Shown in pieces: positions 1 through 8,726 of a stretch of 64,000 nucleotides of DNA; position 1 is the first letter of the stretch; each line of letters opens with the position of its first letter. The DNA lies in the NCBI GenBank assembly GCA_963795855.1, contig CAWCIZ010000004.1, positions 32,001 through 96,000 of the forward strand. Direction: 5' to 3'. This DNA is from Vulcanimicrobiota bacterium. Lineage in GTDB: Bacteria; Vulcanimicrobiota; Vulcanimicrobiia; Vulcanimicrobiales; Vulcanimicrobiaceae. The translations under genes and the position numbers were made by a program. The notes beneath the pieces are model-generated. The model had not been told where the DNA came from. It was given only the letters and a program-made list of their open reading frames with translations, and ran no database searches.

Positions 1-1148
1 TTCCGCAGCGTGCCGGAGAGAGACACCTCATTGTTCCCCCCATACTGCGTGTCTACACGAAGCTGGAGACGTGGCAGTTTCACGCTTTGTTGTTCGGTCG
101 GCCGTTCAAGGACGGCGAGGTATTGATCGACATAACCGGGCCGCGGTCCGATCGATACGATTTGCCAACCGTTTTCCATTCGTTCGTAGATCATCGTACG
201 AGCTTGCTGCTCGAGTGGCTCGTTCCCCGTCATATTCAACTGTATGGGAACAAACTCGTACTCGTAGCGTCTTTTCACGTCAACTCCCTCGATGGCGGCG
301 ATAAATGCGATAAACTCGCGGGCAATTTCGTCAGGGTCTTGAATCTCAAATCCGGCTTCGCGCGCCTCGCGTGCAAGTTCCGGCCGCCACAGCGCCGGCA
401 TCGCAAAGATCGGCGGCCAATTCTTGTGGTGCGGGCGTCGACCGAATTCCGCAATCGCCGTCGCTCGCAGGCGTCGAAGGCTCAGTTTCAATGAGCGATC
501 AGATCGCATGATGAGGACATCTAAAACGTCACGGTGTCGGCGGTTGATGTAATCCGGGCGATCGGGTTCCGTCGCCCCATGGAGTCTATGCGCAATTTGG
601 ATATACGGATCGAGCAGTGGCACGCGAAGCGGCCCTGGCAGGCCCAGAACGGTAAGCACGCTTGCCGTCTCAAACGTCACCGGTGTTTCGTAGTTGGCGT
701 CGTTGAGGTCAACGTCTAAAGTGCCGAAGGCACGGCCTTTGTATTGTATTCGAACCTCGATGCGATGGGCGTTTGCATTTGCTAAATAGAGCGTCGTGCC
801 GCGGACGAATGTGAAACCGTCAAGGCCTAGTTCAAGAACGCGATCAAATACCGATAGGAGATCTTCGCCTTCCGCGACGATACCAATGTCGACATCACCC
901 GATGCACGCGCTCGAATGCCAAAACGCAGTTCCATCGCCATGCCGCCCTTTGCAATATAAATCGGGATGATGCCGCGTTCACGTGCACGATCAAGCAGCG
1001 CAAAAAGCAGTTCGCTCTTGACGCGCTGCTGTAAACGCGCCGGCGTAAGGCCATGTTCATGGGCGTAGGCGTTTATGCGGGAGAATAAATTACCGACGTT
1101 ACCCGGCGGACGAAGATTGCGTCTCTCGGGGCGCAGCGGATCAGGCAT
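1..1148 (-). CDS. AbiEii-family nucleotidyltransferase toxin (type IV TA), 3' end runs off the window; carries a C-terminal extension
   Basis: Translated by hand (absent from the ORF track because there is no stop in the window): MPDPLRPERR...IAKGGMAMELRFGIRARASGDVDIG...QIAHRLHGAT...RHRDVLDV. The KGG..ELR...R.S.DVD motif is typical of AbiEii. Start overlaps the antitoxin stop (ATGAATGCCTGA). Confidence 0.8.
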   Translation of the reverse strand, partial: MPDPLRPERRNLRPPGNVGNLFSRINAYAHEHGLTPARLQQRVKSELLFALLDRARERGIIPIYIAKGGMAMELRFGIRARASGDVDIGIVAEGEDLLSVFDRVLELGLDGFTFVRGTTLYLANANAHRIEVRIQYKGRAFGTLDVDLNDANYETPVTFETASVLTVLGLPGPLRVPLLDPYIQIAHRLHGATEPDRPDYINRRHRDVLDVLIMRSDRSLKLSLRRLRATAIAEFGRRPHHKNWPPIFAMPALWRPELAREAREAGFEIQDPDEIAREFIAFIAAIEGVDVKRRYEYEFVPIQLNMTGNEPLEQQARTMIYERMENGWQIVSIGPRPGYVDQYLAVLERPTEQQSVKLPRLQLRVDTQYGGNNEVSLSGTLR

Positions 1149-1686
1149 TCATCAGCTCGTACGGCAGCGTGATCTTGCGTTCGCGCGCATCTCGAAGTGC
1201 ATCCGCGAGGACGACAGAATCGCCCAGCGCCGCGATATCAAGAAGCGTTCGCTGTGGGGTTGTCACTGGAAGGCTGTCCACATACGTCACTTCATGCGGC
1301 TTCAGGTCAGCGCGGTGTACGACTAGCGACCGCGGCAACACCCTGTTGATGCGAAGGGCGCTGGGGACCGTGATATGGGTGTTGGGCGGATTAGCATCGG
1401 ACAAGTGGTGGAGCCGCAGCGCCGTGTAGTGTGTCAGCGTCCCAAAGACTTTGGCTCGTGCTTGGGGCCACAGTACGGCCTCCCAAAGGTGCGCATTCTC
1501 GGATACTGTGGGATAGCGAGCGAGCCGATAGACTCCTCGAGAGACGCGCGTAAGCGCTCCCCGCCTGGCCGCCTTTCCTAGCGTAGTAGCAGATACGTCC
1601 TCTTCGGCAGCCTGGGCGGCAGAGAAATAACCGTCCTGACCCTCAGCCAACTCGTAGAGGCGGTTGGCAATCACTTCCCGCGGCAT
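1141..1686 (-). CDS. AbiEi-family antitoxin / transcriptional regulator (type IV TA)
   Basis: MPREVIANRLYELAEGQDGYFSAAQA...LTRVSRGVYRL...THYTALRLHHL...LPVTTPQRTLLD are AbiEi-type motifs. Start placed at ATG 1686, 7 nt after TGgTATAAT. Confidence 0.85.
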   Translation of the reverse strand: MPREVIANRLYELAEGQDGYFSAAQAAEEDVSATTLGKAARRGALTRVSRGVYRLARYPTVSENAHLWEAVLWPQARAKVFGTLTHYTALRLHHLSDANPPNTHITVPSALRINRVLPRSLVVHRADLKPHEVTYVDSLPVTTPQRTLLDIAALGDSVVLADALRDARERKITLPYELMNA

Positions 1687-1693
1687 TGCACAA

Positions 1694-1702
1694 ATTATAC
1701 CA
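1694..1702 (-). promoter_or_regulatory. Extended -10 promoter (TGgTATAAT) of the TA operon, probably leaderless
   Basis: Minus strand reads TGGTATAAT-ttgtgca-ATG, with no Shine-Dalgarno in between. Confidence 0.7.
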
Positions 1703-2077
1703 TAAAGGCTGGTTATGAGCACCGAACCTAACGCCAAGCCAGCCATTAAAGGTTGTTTTGCGCAGAAGCCGACCTGCGAGTTCCGTCTTGGGCAGAGCCG
1801 ATGGCCGCTAGTCGGGTTTTTCGGCCGGCCGTAAGGGACCCGCAAGGGGGCGACGGGCGGTGTGGGCATCACTCGACCCGCCTAGCGGGGGGTTGTGCTA
1901 CGTAACCCCCTCCCAGCAACCTTCGCTTGGTTCGCGGTACGCCCTTGAACTTGCCTATGAGGCCCGGCGAATGGGGACGACTGTCTGCCGCTGCTTGTCT
2001 TCAAGAATAGCGTTTACGCTGGAGCGCATGGTCTGCGCGTCCACACATATTTGTCGATAATGCCCCGAACGCAAAAT

Positions 2078-2440
2078 CTACCAGCGTTGTAGCTGATCTT
2101 GCTCTTTCGTGAGCTGGGACCGCAAATCGTTCGCGGTCTTCAGCCACGCACTCAAGCGGCGTTCGAAATTCTGTCCGTCACGAACTTGAACAGGTTCGCT
2201 GAGCCGCAGTCGATTTGCGCGCTCGACGCCTTCGCCAGTGCGAGTTCGACGTGTACTTCCCGAATGACGTGCAGAAGGCTGACGAGCGCAGCTGGACGCA
2301 CGAGCAGCACATCGCCCTCGCACTTGATACCACCTCGAAGCCGCGGCGTTTGCCGTCGCTGACGAGGAGCGTATATTGTGCCTTGCGTTCACGCTTGGCG
2401 CTACTGGCCTGCCGAATGAACCCTGGTGTTATCGTTAAGT
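2078..2440 (-). pseudogene. Fragment resembling the C-terminal part of a DUF2130-like protein
   Basis: Joined across frames: FIRQASSAKRERKAQYTLLVSD / GDVLLVRPAALVSLLHVIREVHVELALAK...NLFKFVT / QNFERRLSAWLKTANDLRSQLTKEQDQLQRW*. No start, several frameshifts. Family resemblance is from memory. Confidence 0.4.
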
Positions 2441-2627
2441 CTCAATACGAGCTGGGTAGCGAAACGGATTTCAAATGCCGCCCTTTCAGAGAAACCATAG
2501 TGAGGACGCGAACTGGTGCCCGCGCAATGCTCGGCTATTCGTTCCGCAAGGTTGAGTCCGTCGGCGCGTTCGATAGTATCACGACGCCTTGGCCGCTCGA
2601 ATAATCGACGGCAAGAGGCCTTGTGCC
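2440..2627 (-). repeat. Diverged repeat copy A (pairs with 4833-5025); probable decayed 3' end of a serine hydrolase gene plus the start of the next gene
   Basis: Collinear blocks shared with 4833-5025 (ctcaa-acgag-tggg, tcaaatgc, ttcagag-a-ccatagtga-gacgcgaac-ggtg, caatgct, tattcgttc, agtccg, cgatag, cgacgcctt, tcgacg). Confidence 0.7.
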
Positions 2628-2705
2628 AATCCTTATCGCTCGATGAATGGGCGGGCGCGGCACCGGATCCTGCATGAACGCACCAAAAGTTTGAGGGACG
2701 CGGCG

Positions 2706-3167
2706 CTAACTAACGATTTGCGGTGCCGCCGCATCGGTTATGCCATGGGCGGCTTGAATTTCCAGCGCTCTCGCGACGGCTTGTGAATCCTCGTTAGCGT
2801 CAATCTCGACGATCTTGCCCCATCGCATTTTGATGACGTGAACGCCGTGGTTCTCGTACGGCGATCCGTCGGCGAGTGTGTCCGCGTTCGTCCATCGCAC
2901 AATGATCGTGGTATCGTGCGGAAGGCCGAACACCCAGACATCGCGGACAGTCAGTTTCATGGTTGGCCCGCAGCGTTCGAGACGTTGAAGCCACCGACCT
3001 AGAGCGTTACGGTCATGCCGTGTGCCACCGAGCGCATGGGAACCACCAAAGCGGTGGACGACATTGGGCACGCAATCTTTCAGCAAGGAACCAAAATCGC
3101 GCTGATTGACGCGTTCAAAATTTTGCTTAGCGATTCGCCGAACGACGGCATGGTATGGATTAAGCAT
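2706..3167 (-). CDS. SnoaL-like / NTF2-fold protein
   Basis: VVHRFGGSHALGGTRH...DGSPYENHGVHVIKMRWGKIVEID; start trimmed to ATG 3167. Confidence 0.8.
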   Translation of the reverse strand: MLNPYHAVVRRIAKQNFERVNQRDFGSLLKDCVPNVVHRFGGSHALGGTRHDRNALGRWLQRLERCGPTMKLTVRDVWVFGLPHDTTIIVRWTNADTLADGSPYENHGVHVIKMRWGKIVEIDANEDSQAVARALEIQAAHGITDAAAPQIVS

Positions 3168-3249
3168 CAACGTGATAGCTCCATCTAAGAGCCGTATCGG
3201 CGGCATCGGGCGCTTGCGCCCGTCCCGTATGCACTTCGCCGTATGCGGT

Positions 3250-3759
3250 CTAGGGACCAACAGAGGGGTCCCGACTGTTTACTTGCGTTTCCCGCAAACG
3301 CAAGATCAGGTTCATCTTCAGCTCGCCGTCTACAACACCGCCCCCGTGAAACCCGTGACGCCGATAAAGGGCGGTCGCATGCGCGTTGTGTGGAACGACG
3401 TCCAACTGCACTTGGTTGATCGATTGCGAGCGTGACCATTGCACGACCGCGTCAACGAGAGCATCGCCGATGCCCTGACCGCGAGCAAACGGCGCGACCC
3501 ACATCGAGATAAGTTCGACGACTTTTTCAGAGGACGGCTCAGTGGCGCTCACGATGCCGGCAGGCGTATCGTTCAGCAAGGCGAGGAGATTGAAAGGAAC
3601 CTCGGTCAATCGCCGGCGCCATCGTTTTTCGGTGTGGCGGTCGGCTTGCCACTCCGACAACGTGGATCCGTAAGCGTAGGGCGCTGCGCGGAGCGCCCGC
3701 AGCCGCATTTCGCGCCAATCGCGCCAATCGTCGGGACCGAGCGCCCTGATTGAGATCAT
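3250..3759 (-). CDS. GNAT family N-acetyltransferase
   Basis: MISIRALGPDDWRDWREMRLRAL...SMWVAPFARGQGIG (motif A)...NAHATALYRRHGF (motif B). Confidence 0.9.
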   Translation of the reverse strand: MISIRALGPDDWRDWREMRLRALRAAPYAYGSTLSEWQADRHTEKRWRRRLTEVPFNLLALLNDTPAGIVSATEPSSEKVVELISMWVAPFARGQGIGDALVDAVVQWSRSQSINQVQLDVVPHNAHATALYRRHGFHGGGVVDGELKMNLILRLRETQVNSRDPSVGP

Positions 3760-3852
3760 TTCCACGCCGCCGCGCGCGTCTCGCCCCGCGCTTCGCTCGC
3801 TTCGTCCCACTCTTGTTATATTGACCAGGCGGCGCGCACTATACTGCTCTTG

Positions 3853-4352
3853 ATGAAACAATTCGCAGTGACGCTCGTGCTTCTGCTTTTGGTACGACCG
3901 GATTTGGTTAGCGCTGCAGGATCGCAAAGCGGCGCAGTGTTAGCGCCGCTGGAAGCATTCGCAGTGAAATTCAATTCGGGCGACGTGACCTTCCCGTCGG
4001 CCGCGTACACTGACGACTGCACGACCATCGACGAGTTCGCGCCGTTCAGTTGGGACGGAAACGGTTCGATCCGTACGTGGTATCGAGACACGATCGGCAG
4101 CCGCTCGCCGGAGGCGCAAAAACGCTTTGCCGCACACAAGTTTGTATTAAAGATCGAAGCCCCGCTTACCGTTCACGGTGAGGGCAGTACAGCATACATC
4201 GTCGCACCCGCATTGCTCTGGTACACTCGAGCCGGGGTCCGCCGTTTGCAGCATTTGGAGTGGGTGGTACAGGAAGTCAACACGACGGAGGGATGGCGGA
4301 TCAAGGCCAAGCCTGGGCGCTTCGCGACGATTCGCCGGTGGAGCAACGTTGA
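3853..4352 (+). CDS. Secreted NTF2/SnoaL-like protein (frameshift near 4307)
   Basis: Signal peptide, then TTIDEFAPFSWDG and AYIVAP. The typical ending GWRIKA|QAWA continues in another frame to TGA 4350-4352, so the 315 aa ORF in the track is a read-through artefact. Confidence 0.65.
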
Positions 4353-4400
4353 CGCCCTCGCAATCGACGATGGCGAGCGCCGCATGCCCCACTTAGTGTT

Positions 4401-4868
4401 TTACCCGCGTGATCGCGAGGTAGGCACCTCAGCGGTGCTAGAGCGCGGCGTTACGAGCACGACAACCGTAGCCACCGTCGTCAGCAGGGCAACGGCGGCT
4501 ACAATTGAGACACCTGTCACGAACAACGGTGCTGTGCAGAACCGGGCTTGGCGCATGAGTACGACTATGGCGATCGGCAGCGACAGAAGCGCCAGATTGT
4601 CCACGACCAGTAGAGTATTACGTGCCCATCGTGGCGCCATGGTCGACGCTGCGGTAACCCAGCAGCTCACCGCAAGCGGAATTAATAGCACGCCGACGAG
4701 AACGTGGTTCAACAGCGTCGGAGGCAGCGCGAGCGAGTACGTTTTCCGCGGCGCCCCGGCTAAGAGTCCCGCAATGTCGGGCGTGGCGATGAGATGAACG
4801 GCCGCCAGTAATAGGAGCAGTATGGACACGATTCTCAAAACGAGTTGGGCGGCGCGGACGGGTCTCAA
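4401..4868 (-). CDS. Hypothetical integral membrane protein (~4 TM)
   Basis: 155 aa with four hydrophobic segments; TTG start. Confidence 0.6.
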   Translation of the reverse strand: MRPVRAAQLVLRIVSILLLLLAAVHLIATPDIAGLLAGAPRKTYSLALPPTLLNHVLVGVLLIPLAVSCWVTAASTMAPRWARNTLLVVDNLALLSLPIAIVVLMRQARFCTAPLFVTGVSIVAAVALLTTVATVVVLVTPRSSTAEVPTSRSRG

Positions 4869-5025
4869 ATGCGGCCCCCTTCAGAGGATCCATAGTGACG
4901 ACGCGAACCGGTGGCCCGCACAATGCTTCGTTATTCGTTCTACTGACGTTAAGTCCGCCGCCACGGTCGATAGCGTCCCGACGCCTTCGCCTCTCTAACG
5001 GTCGACGCTAAAAACGCTTGAAGCC
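4833..5025 (-). repeat. Diverged repeat copy B (pairs with 2440-2627)
   Basis: See copy A. Minus-strand reading SVDR*RGEGVGTLSTVAADLTSVERITKHCAGHRFASSLWIL* (TGA 4881-4883). Confidence 0.7.
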
Positions 5026-5201
5026 CGCGTTGCGGTGCGAACGAAAGCAGGGTCGGCACCGCTTCCATATTGAGATCGTCCTTACGTCGAGGCTTACCGC
5101 CGCTTCCGAACGCCAACGCCCTTTACAAGGAGCCAAATCATCATCACGATCTCCGCAGCCGCTCCAAACACCTCAATCGCAAATGGTAAAATTGGTTTCG
5201 G

Positions 5202-6047
5202 ATGCGGGTTCTAATACTTGGGGGTGCCGGCGCAATCGGTCACTATGTTGAGCGCGAGCTTGCCGAGCGCGGACACGAGCTCACGGTAGTTCACCGTGGG
5301 ACCCGTCCCGTATGTCCGGGGACCCGCGCTGTTTTGCTTGATCTAAATTGGATGCCTAAAAACGTACCTGCCGCATTGCGCGAGGATTATGATGTCGTCG
5401 TGCACATGATCGCGATGACGCAGAAGGACGCCGACATCGCGACACGTTTGATCGCCGGACGCTGCGATCACGTCGTTGTGGTAAGCAGTTGCGATGTGTA
5501 TCTCGCGTATGGGCGATTTATCAGGACCGAGCCTGGGCCATCACAAAGAGCACCGATCGACGAATCGTGCGCGCTTCGAACTCGCCGCTATCCGTATCGT
5601 GTGCCTGGTCGCGTCGGTTCATTCGACGACTACGATAAGATCGTCGTCGAAAACGCCTTTCGGCGCGCTGAAGGTTTGACCGCAACCGTTTTACGCCTTG
5701 CAAAAGTGTATGGGCGGGAGACAAACCGCGACTTTTCCACCGTTCTGCGATTTGCTCATCAACCGAAATGGCGGTGGACGCATTGTTACGTCGAAAATGC
5801 CGGCGCAGCCATAGCTGCTGCAAGCACAGACCCTCGTGCGCGCGGAGAAACATACAACATCGGCGAGGAGCGAACACCCACTGTTGAAGAGCGTCTAAGA
5901 TTGTTGCCTCAGATGCCAAGACAGGTTCCCGACGTCGAAAAGGACTTTTCGCAAGACCTCCATTTTAGTTCAGATCGTTTGCGACGTGAGTTAGATTTCA
6001 ACGATCCCGTTACCGTGGCTGACGCGATATCTCGTACGGTATCGTGA
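5202..6047 (+). CDS. NAD-dependent epimerase/dehydratase family protein
   Basis: N-terminal Rossmann motif ILGGAGAIG; VSSCDVY; YDKIVVE; TYNIGE. Confidence 0.85.
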   Translation: MRVLILGGAGAIGHYVERELAERGHELTVVHRGTRPVCPGTRAVLLDLNWMPKNVPAALREDYDVVVHMIAMTQKDADIATRLIAGRCDHVVVVSSCDVYLAYGRFIRTEPGPSQRAPIDESCALRTRRYPYRVPGRVGSFDDYDKIVVENAFRRAEGLTATVLRLAKVYGRETNRDFSTVLRFAHQPKWRWTHCYVENAGAAIAAASTDPRARGETYNIGEERTPTVEERLRLLPQMPRQVPDVEKDFSQDLHFSSDRLRRELDFNDPVTVADAISRTVS

Positions 6048-6167
6048 GCCAAGTTTAGTTTTCGCGTGCGCTTCACAAATCGGTTGGACAGAGGCCTTTG
6101 TCCTCGACCCCGCAAGTGCGGAACTGTCGCCATAATATCGTCGCTGCGTTATCGTCTGAAGCCGGTC

Positions 6168-6464
6168 CTATTCTCTCTTGAACGCGACAATATATGGGTG
6201 AATCTCGTAACGAAGGAGCCCCTGGATGATTGTTTGATCCGTTGCGAGGATCTTTTCGAGTTCTTCCTTTGAGGGCGCAGTATATACGGCGAGGCCACCG
6301 CGATCATCGAGAAACGGGCCGCCAAAAACGAGCTTCCCGCCCGCATGTTGCGCCGCCAAAAAGTCGCGATGGTGATACACATCGGCTTGCGCGTGGAACG
6401 GTTTTTCCTCATCCCAATTTGGCCCGCGAACGTACACGACAGCAAACGTATGATCGTCGCTCAT
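6168..6464 (-). CDS. YCII-related domain protein
   Basis: HRDFL...GKLVFGGPFLDDRGGLAVY...D; start overlaps the upstream stop (ATGA). Confidence 0.85.
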   Translation of the reverse strand: MSDDHTFAVVYVRGPNWDEEKPFHAQADVYHHRDFLAAQHAGGKLVFGGPFLDDRGGLAVYTAPSKEELEKILATDQTIIQGLLRYEIHPYIVAFKRE

Positions 6465-7258
6465 GCTGCGTCCCATGCCTCCTTGCCGCGCTCGACATAC
6501 GCCTTTAGGCCGTCTTCGAGCAGTGTACCCCACCCGCCACGATACATGTCAACCATAGCCTTGTCGTAAATCCCCATCACCGTGTGCGAGAGCGTAAGAA
6601 GTGCTCCACCCTCGGAAGCGGTTATTTCGAACTGTATCGTTCCGAAGATGCATCCGCCCATGCCCATCGAGCCCTCGATGCATAAAAGCGAAGGCGGTTC
6701 AACGCGTGTCACGATGCCATAAAGTCGCTCGCAATGTGCGTGTATCTCGACCAAACGTCCGCCGGCCGCCGGCTCAAGACGGAGATCCGGTCGTCCATTA
6801 TGGTCATAGGTAACGTGGGACCACCAGCGGGCGACATTTTTTGTGAGCGCATCAAAGACTTTCTCGGGGGGAACAGACAAGTTGACGGTCTGAACGATTT
6901 CGTCGCTGGAAATCGCGGTGTTGGCCGGTGCTGTTGACACAATATCTCCTTCGACAATGGCTCCGAATTTGGAGAGCGAAGCTGCCCAGAGTTGCTGGAA
7001 AGGTGTTAGCCATCGTTCGTAAATGGAACGAAGCGGCGCAGCGTTTATGTAGTTCCAACGTTCGCGTCCTTTGCGGCGCACGGTTATCAGTCGCGCATCC
7101 TCAAGGACGTCTAAATGCTTCATGATGGCGGTGCGCGATATCGCAAAGCGCGCGCACAACGCTCCTGTCGTTCGCGGACCCGCCCGAAGAAGGTCGAGCA
7201 GCCGACGGCGCGTGGGATCGGCTAGGGCGCTCCAGACCGCCGAGTCGTTCTTAGTCAC
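6461..7258 (-). CDS. ArsR/SmtB HTH regulator fused to an SRPBCC (AHSA1) domain
   Basis: ALADPTRRRLLDLL...KHLDVLEDARLI...GRERW; C-terminal VPPEKVFDALT...WW...GGW. Confidence 0.9.
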   Translation of the reverse strand: MTKNDSAVWSALADPTRRRLLDLLRAGPRTTGALCARFAISRTAIMKHLDVLEDARLITVRRKGRERWNYINAAPLRSIYERWLTPFQQLWAASLSKFGAIVEGDIVSTAPANTAISSDEIVQTVNLSVPPEKVFDALTKNVARWWSHVTYDHNGRPDLRLEPAAGGRLVEIHAHCERLYGIVTRVEPPSLLCIEGSMGMGGCIFGTIQFEITASEGGALLTLSHTVMGIYDKAMVDMYRGGWGTLLEDGLKAYVERGKEAWDAA

Positions 7259-7290
7259 GAGACCGCTCTATGCTAACATGCGGAGACACT

Positions 7291-7314
7291 ATATGCAACC
7301 CACAGGTGACATAT
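7291..7314. promoter_or_regulatory. Imperfect palindrome, probable ArsR operator
   Basis: ATATGCAACC-caca-GGTGACATAT (8/10 inverted match) just upstream of the ArsR-SRPBCC start. Confidence 0.6.
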
Positions 7315-7424
7315 TATTCTTTCACGAATGATTTGCTGCAGCGCTGAACTGTTGCATTATGAGGCAACGGGCTGACAGCGGCACGCACACCATTCGTGAC
7401 TGCAACCGGGAAAGGGTAATTGAT

Positions 7425-7859
7425 ATGACCGATCGTTGGAGGTTTTTACGTGGAGTCTGTGCACTCGCCATCCTCCTGGGCGCTGCTAGCCTTCAGCGTT
7501 CCGCTGCTGCAATGCCGGCGCCTTGCATGGGCCTCGCCGCTGGAACCCAAACAGTTACGGTGATTAACCCATCGAGATATCTTCGAAACGTACATGGAAA
7601 CGCGAAGGGTCCCTCCGTTGCATGCCTCGCTTCTGCATACAACCAGTCAGTGATGTTCGTTCGGCTCGACCAACCCATGCGTCACGCGTCGCCGCAGGAC
7701 GCCGTTGCCGTAATCGAGAGCGGATCAGGCGTGATAGGCGTAGGACCTTCGAGATACGCGGTAGGGCCTGGTAGTGTCGTACTGATGGCAAAGGGTGTCG
7801 AACACACAATGACCCCGACGCCGCGAATGACCGCAATCGTGGTAATGCTTGCGAAATAA
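7425..7859 (+). CDS. Secreted cupin-domain protein
   Basis: Signal peptide; VIESGSG...VGPGSVVLMAKGVEH cupin motif 2. Confidence 0.6.
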   Translation: MTDRWRFLRGVCALAILLGAASLQRSAAAMPAPCMGLAAGTQTVTVINPSRYLRNVHGNAKGPSVACLASAYNQSVMFVRLDQPMRHASPQDAVAVIESGSGVIGVGPSRYAVGPGSVVLMAKGVEHTMTPTPRMTAIVVMLAK

Positions 7860-8120
7860 GCACGTCGGCGGAATTTTTCCGCACGGGCTACGGCGCCACA
7901 TGCGTAAAGTTAAACATGCGAATTGCGTACGCGACGGTACGAGAAGACTTGACCGGCGGCGACGTGCACAGGTGCGGCTCCAATACGTCTTTGATGTCGC
8001 AGCGCCGGCTATCGCAACAAGATAACCTTCACCGGGGAGCTTGCGCAAAATTCTCCCAGCACGGCAAAGAAGCGCGAACTCTTCGGCTAATCGGTCCGCA
8101 TTACCACAGGAAGACTCTAC

Positions 8121-8726
8121 ATGAAATCGTTGCGACCAATCGTCCTCGAAGGCTATGGCGTTGCGCTCGAGCCTATGCGCTCCGATCACGCCGTCGGCCT
8201 CGCTTCGGCGGCCGCCGACGGTCAGTTATGGAACCTGCGGTTCACGTACGTTCCTTCGCCTGACCAAACGGAAGAATATATTGCACGTGCCCTTAAAGAA
8301 CAGGATGCGGGTCACATGCTTCCATGGGTCGTGCGCGACGCCGCATCCGGAGGCGTCATCGGAAGCACGCGCTACCACGACGTCGTCCCGGATTCAGAAC
8401 GCGTCGAGATTGGTTACACGTGGTACGCACTTCGCTATCAATCTACGCATGTCAATCCCGCGTGCAAATTACTGCTGATGCGTCACGCCTTTGAGACGCT
8501 GGAGTGCCGGGTCGTGGGGCTGCGTACGGACATTGAAAATAGCCGGTCGCAACGCGCCATCGAAAAACTTGGTGCCAAAAAAGACGGCGTCATCAGGCAT
8601 TTGGGATTGCGCAAGGATGGAACGGTGCGTGACACCGTCATGTATAGCATTCTGTCTTCTGAATGGCCGGGCGTAAAGTCACTACTCGAGCAACGCCTGA
8701 AAAACTCGCGATCACGCGCCTGCTGA
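8121..8726 (+). CDS. GNAT acetyltransferase, RimJ/RimL type
   Basis: VIGSTRY...VEIGYTW...NSRSQRAIEKLGAKKDG...RDTVMYSIL..EWP. Confidence 0.9.
   Translation: MKSLRPIVLEGYGVALEPMRSDHAVGLASAAADGQLWNLRFTYVPSPDQTEEYIARALKEQDAGHMLPWVVRDAASGGVIGSTRYHDVVPDSERVEIGYTWYALRYQSTHVNPACKLLLMRHAFETLECRVVGLRTDIENSRSQRAIEKLGAKKDGVIRHLGLRKDGTVRDTVMYSILSSEWPGVKSLLEQRLKNSRSRAC

Noticed and set aside
1852..1868. GACGGGCGGTGTGGGCA resembles the conserved SSU rRNA 1391R site
   Set aside because: Only a short match with mismatches; the flanks do not continue as rRNA.
3850..4797. 315-aa fusion protein
   Set aside because: The C-terminal half is antisense to the 4401-4868 membrane gene and results from a frameshift near 4307.
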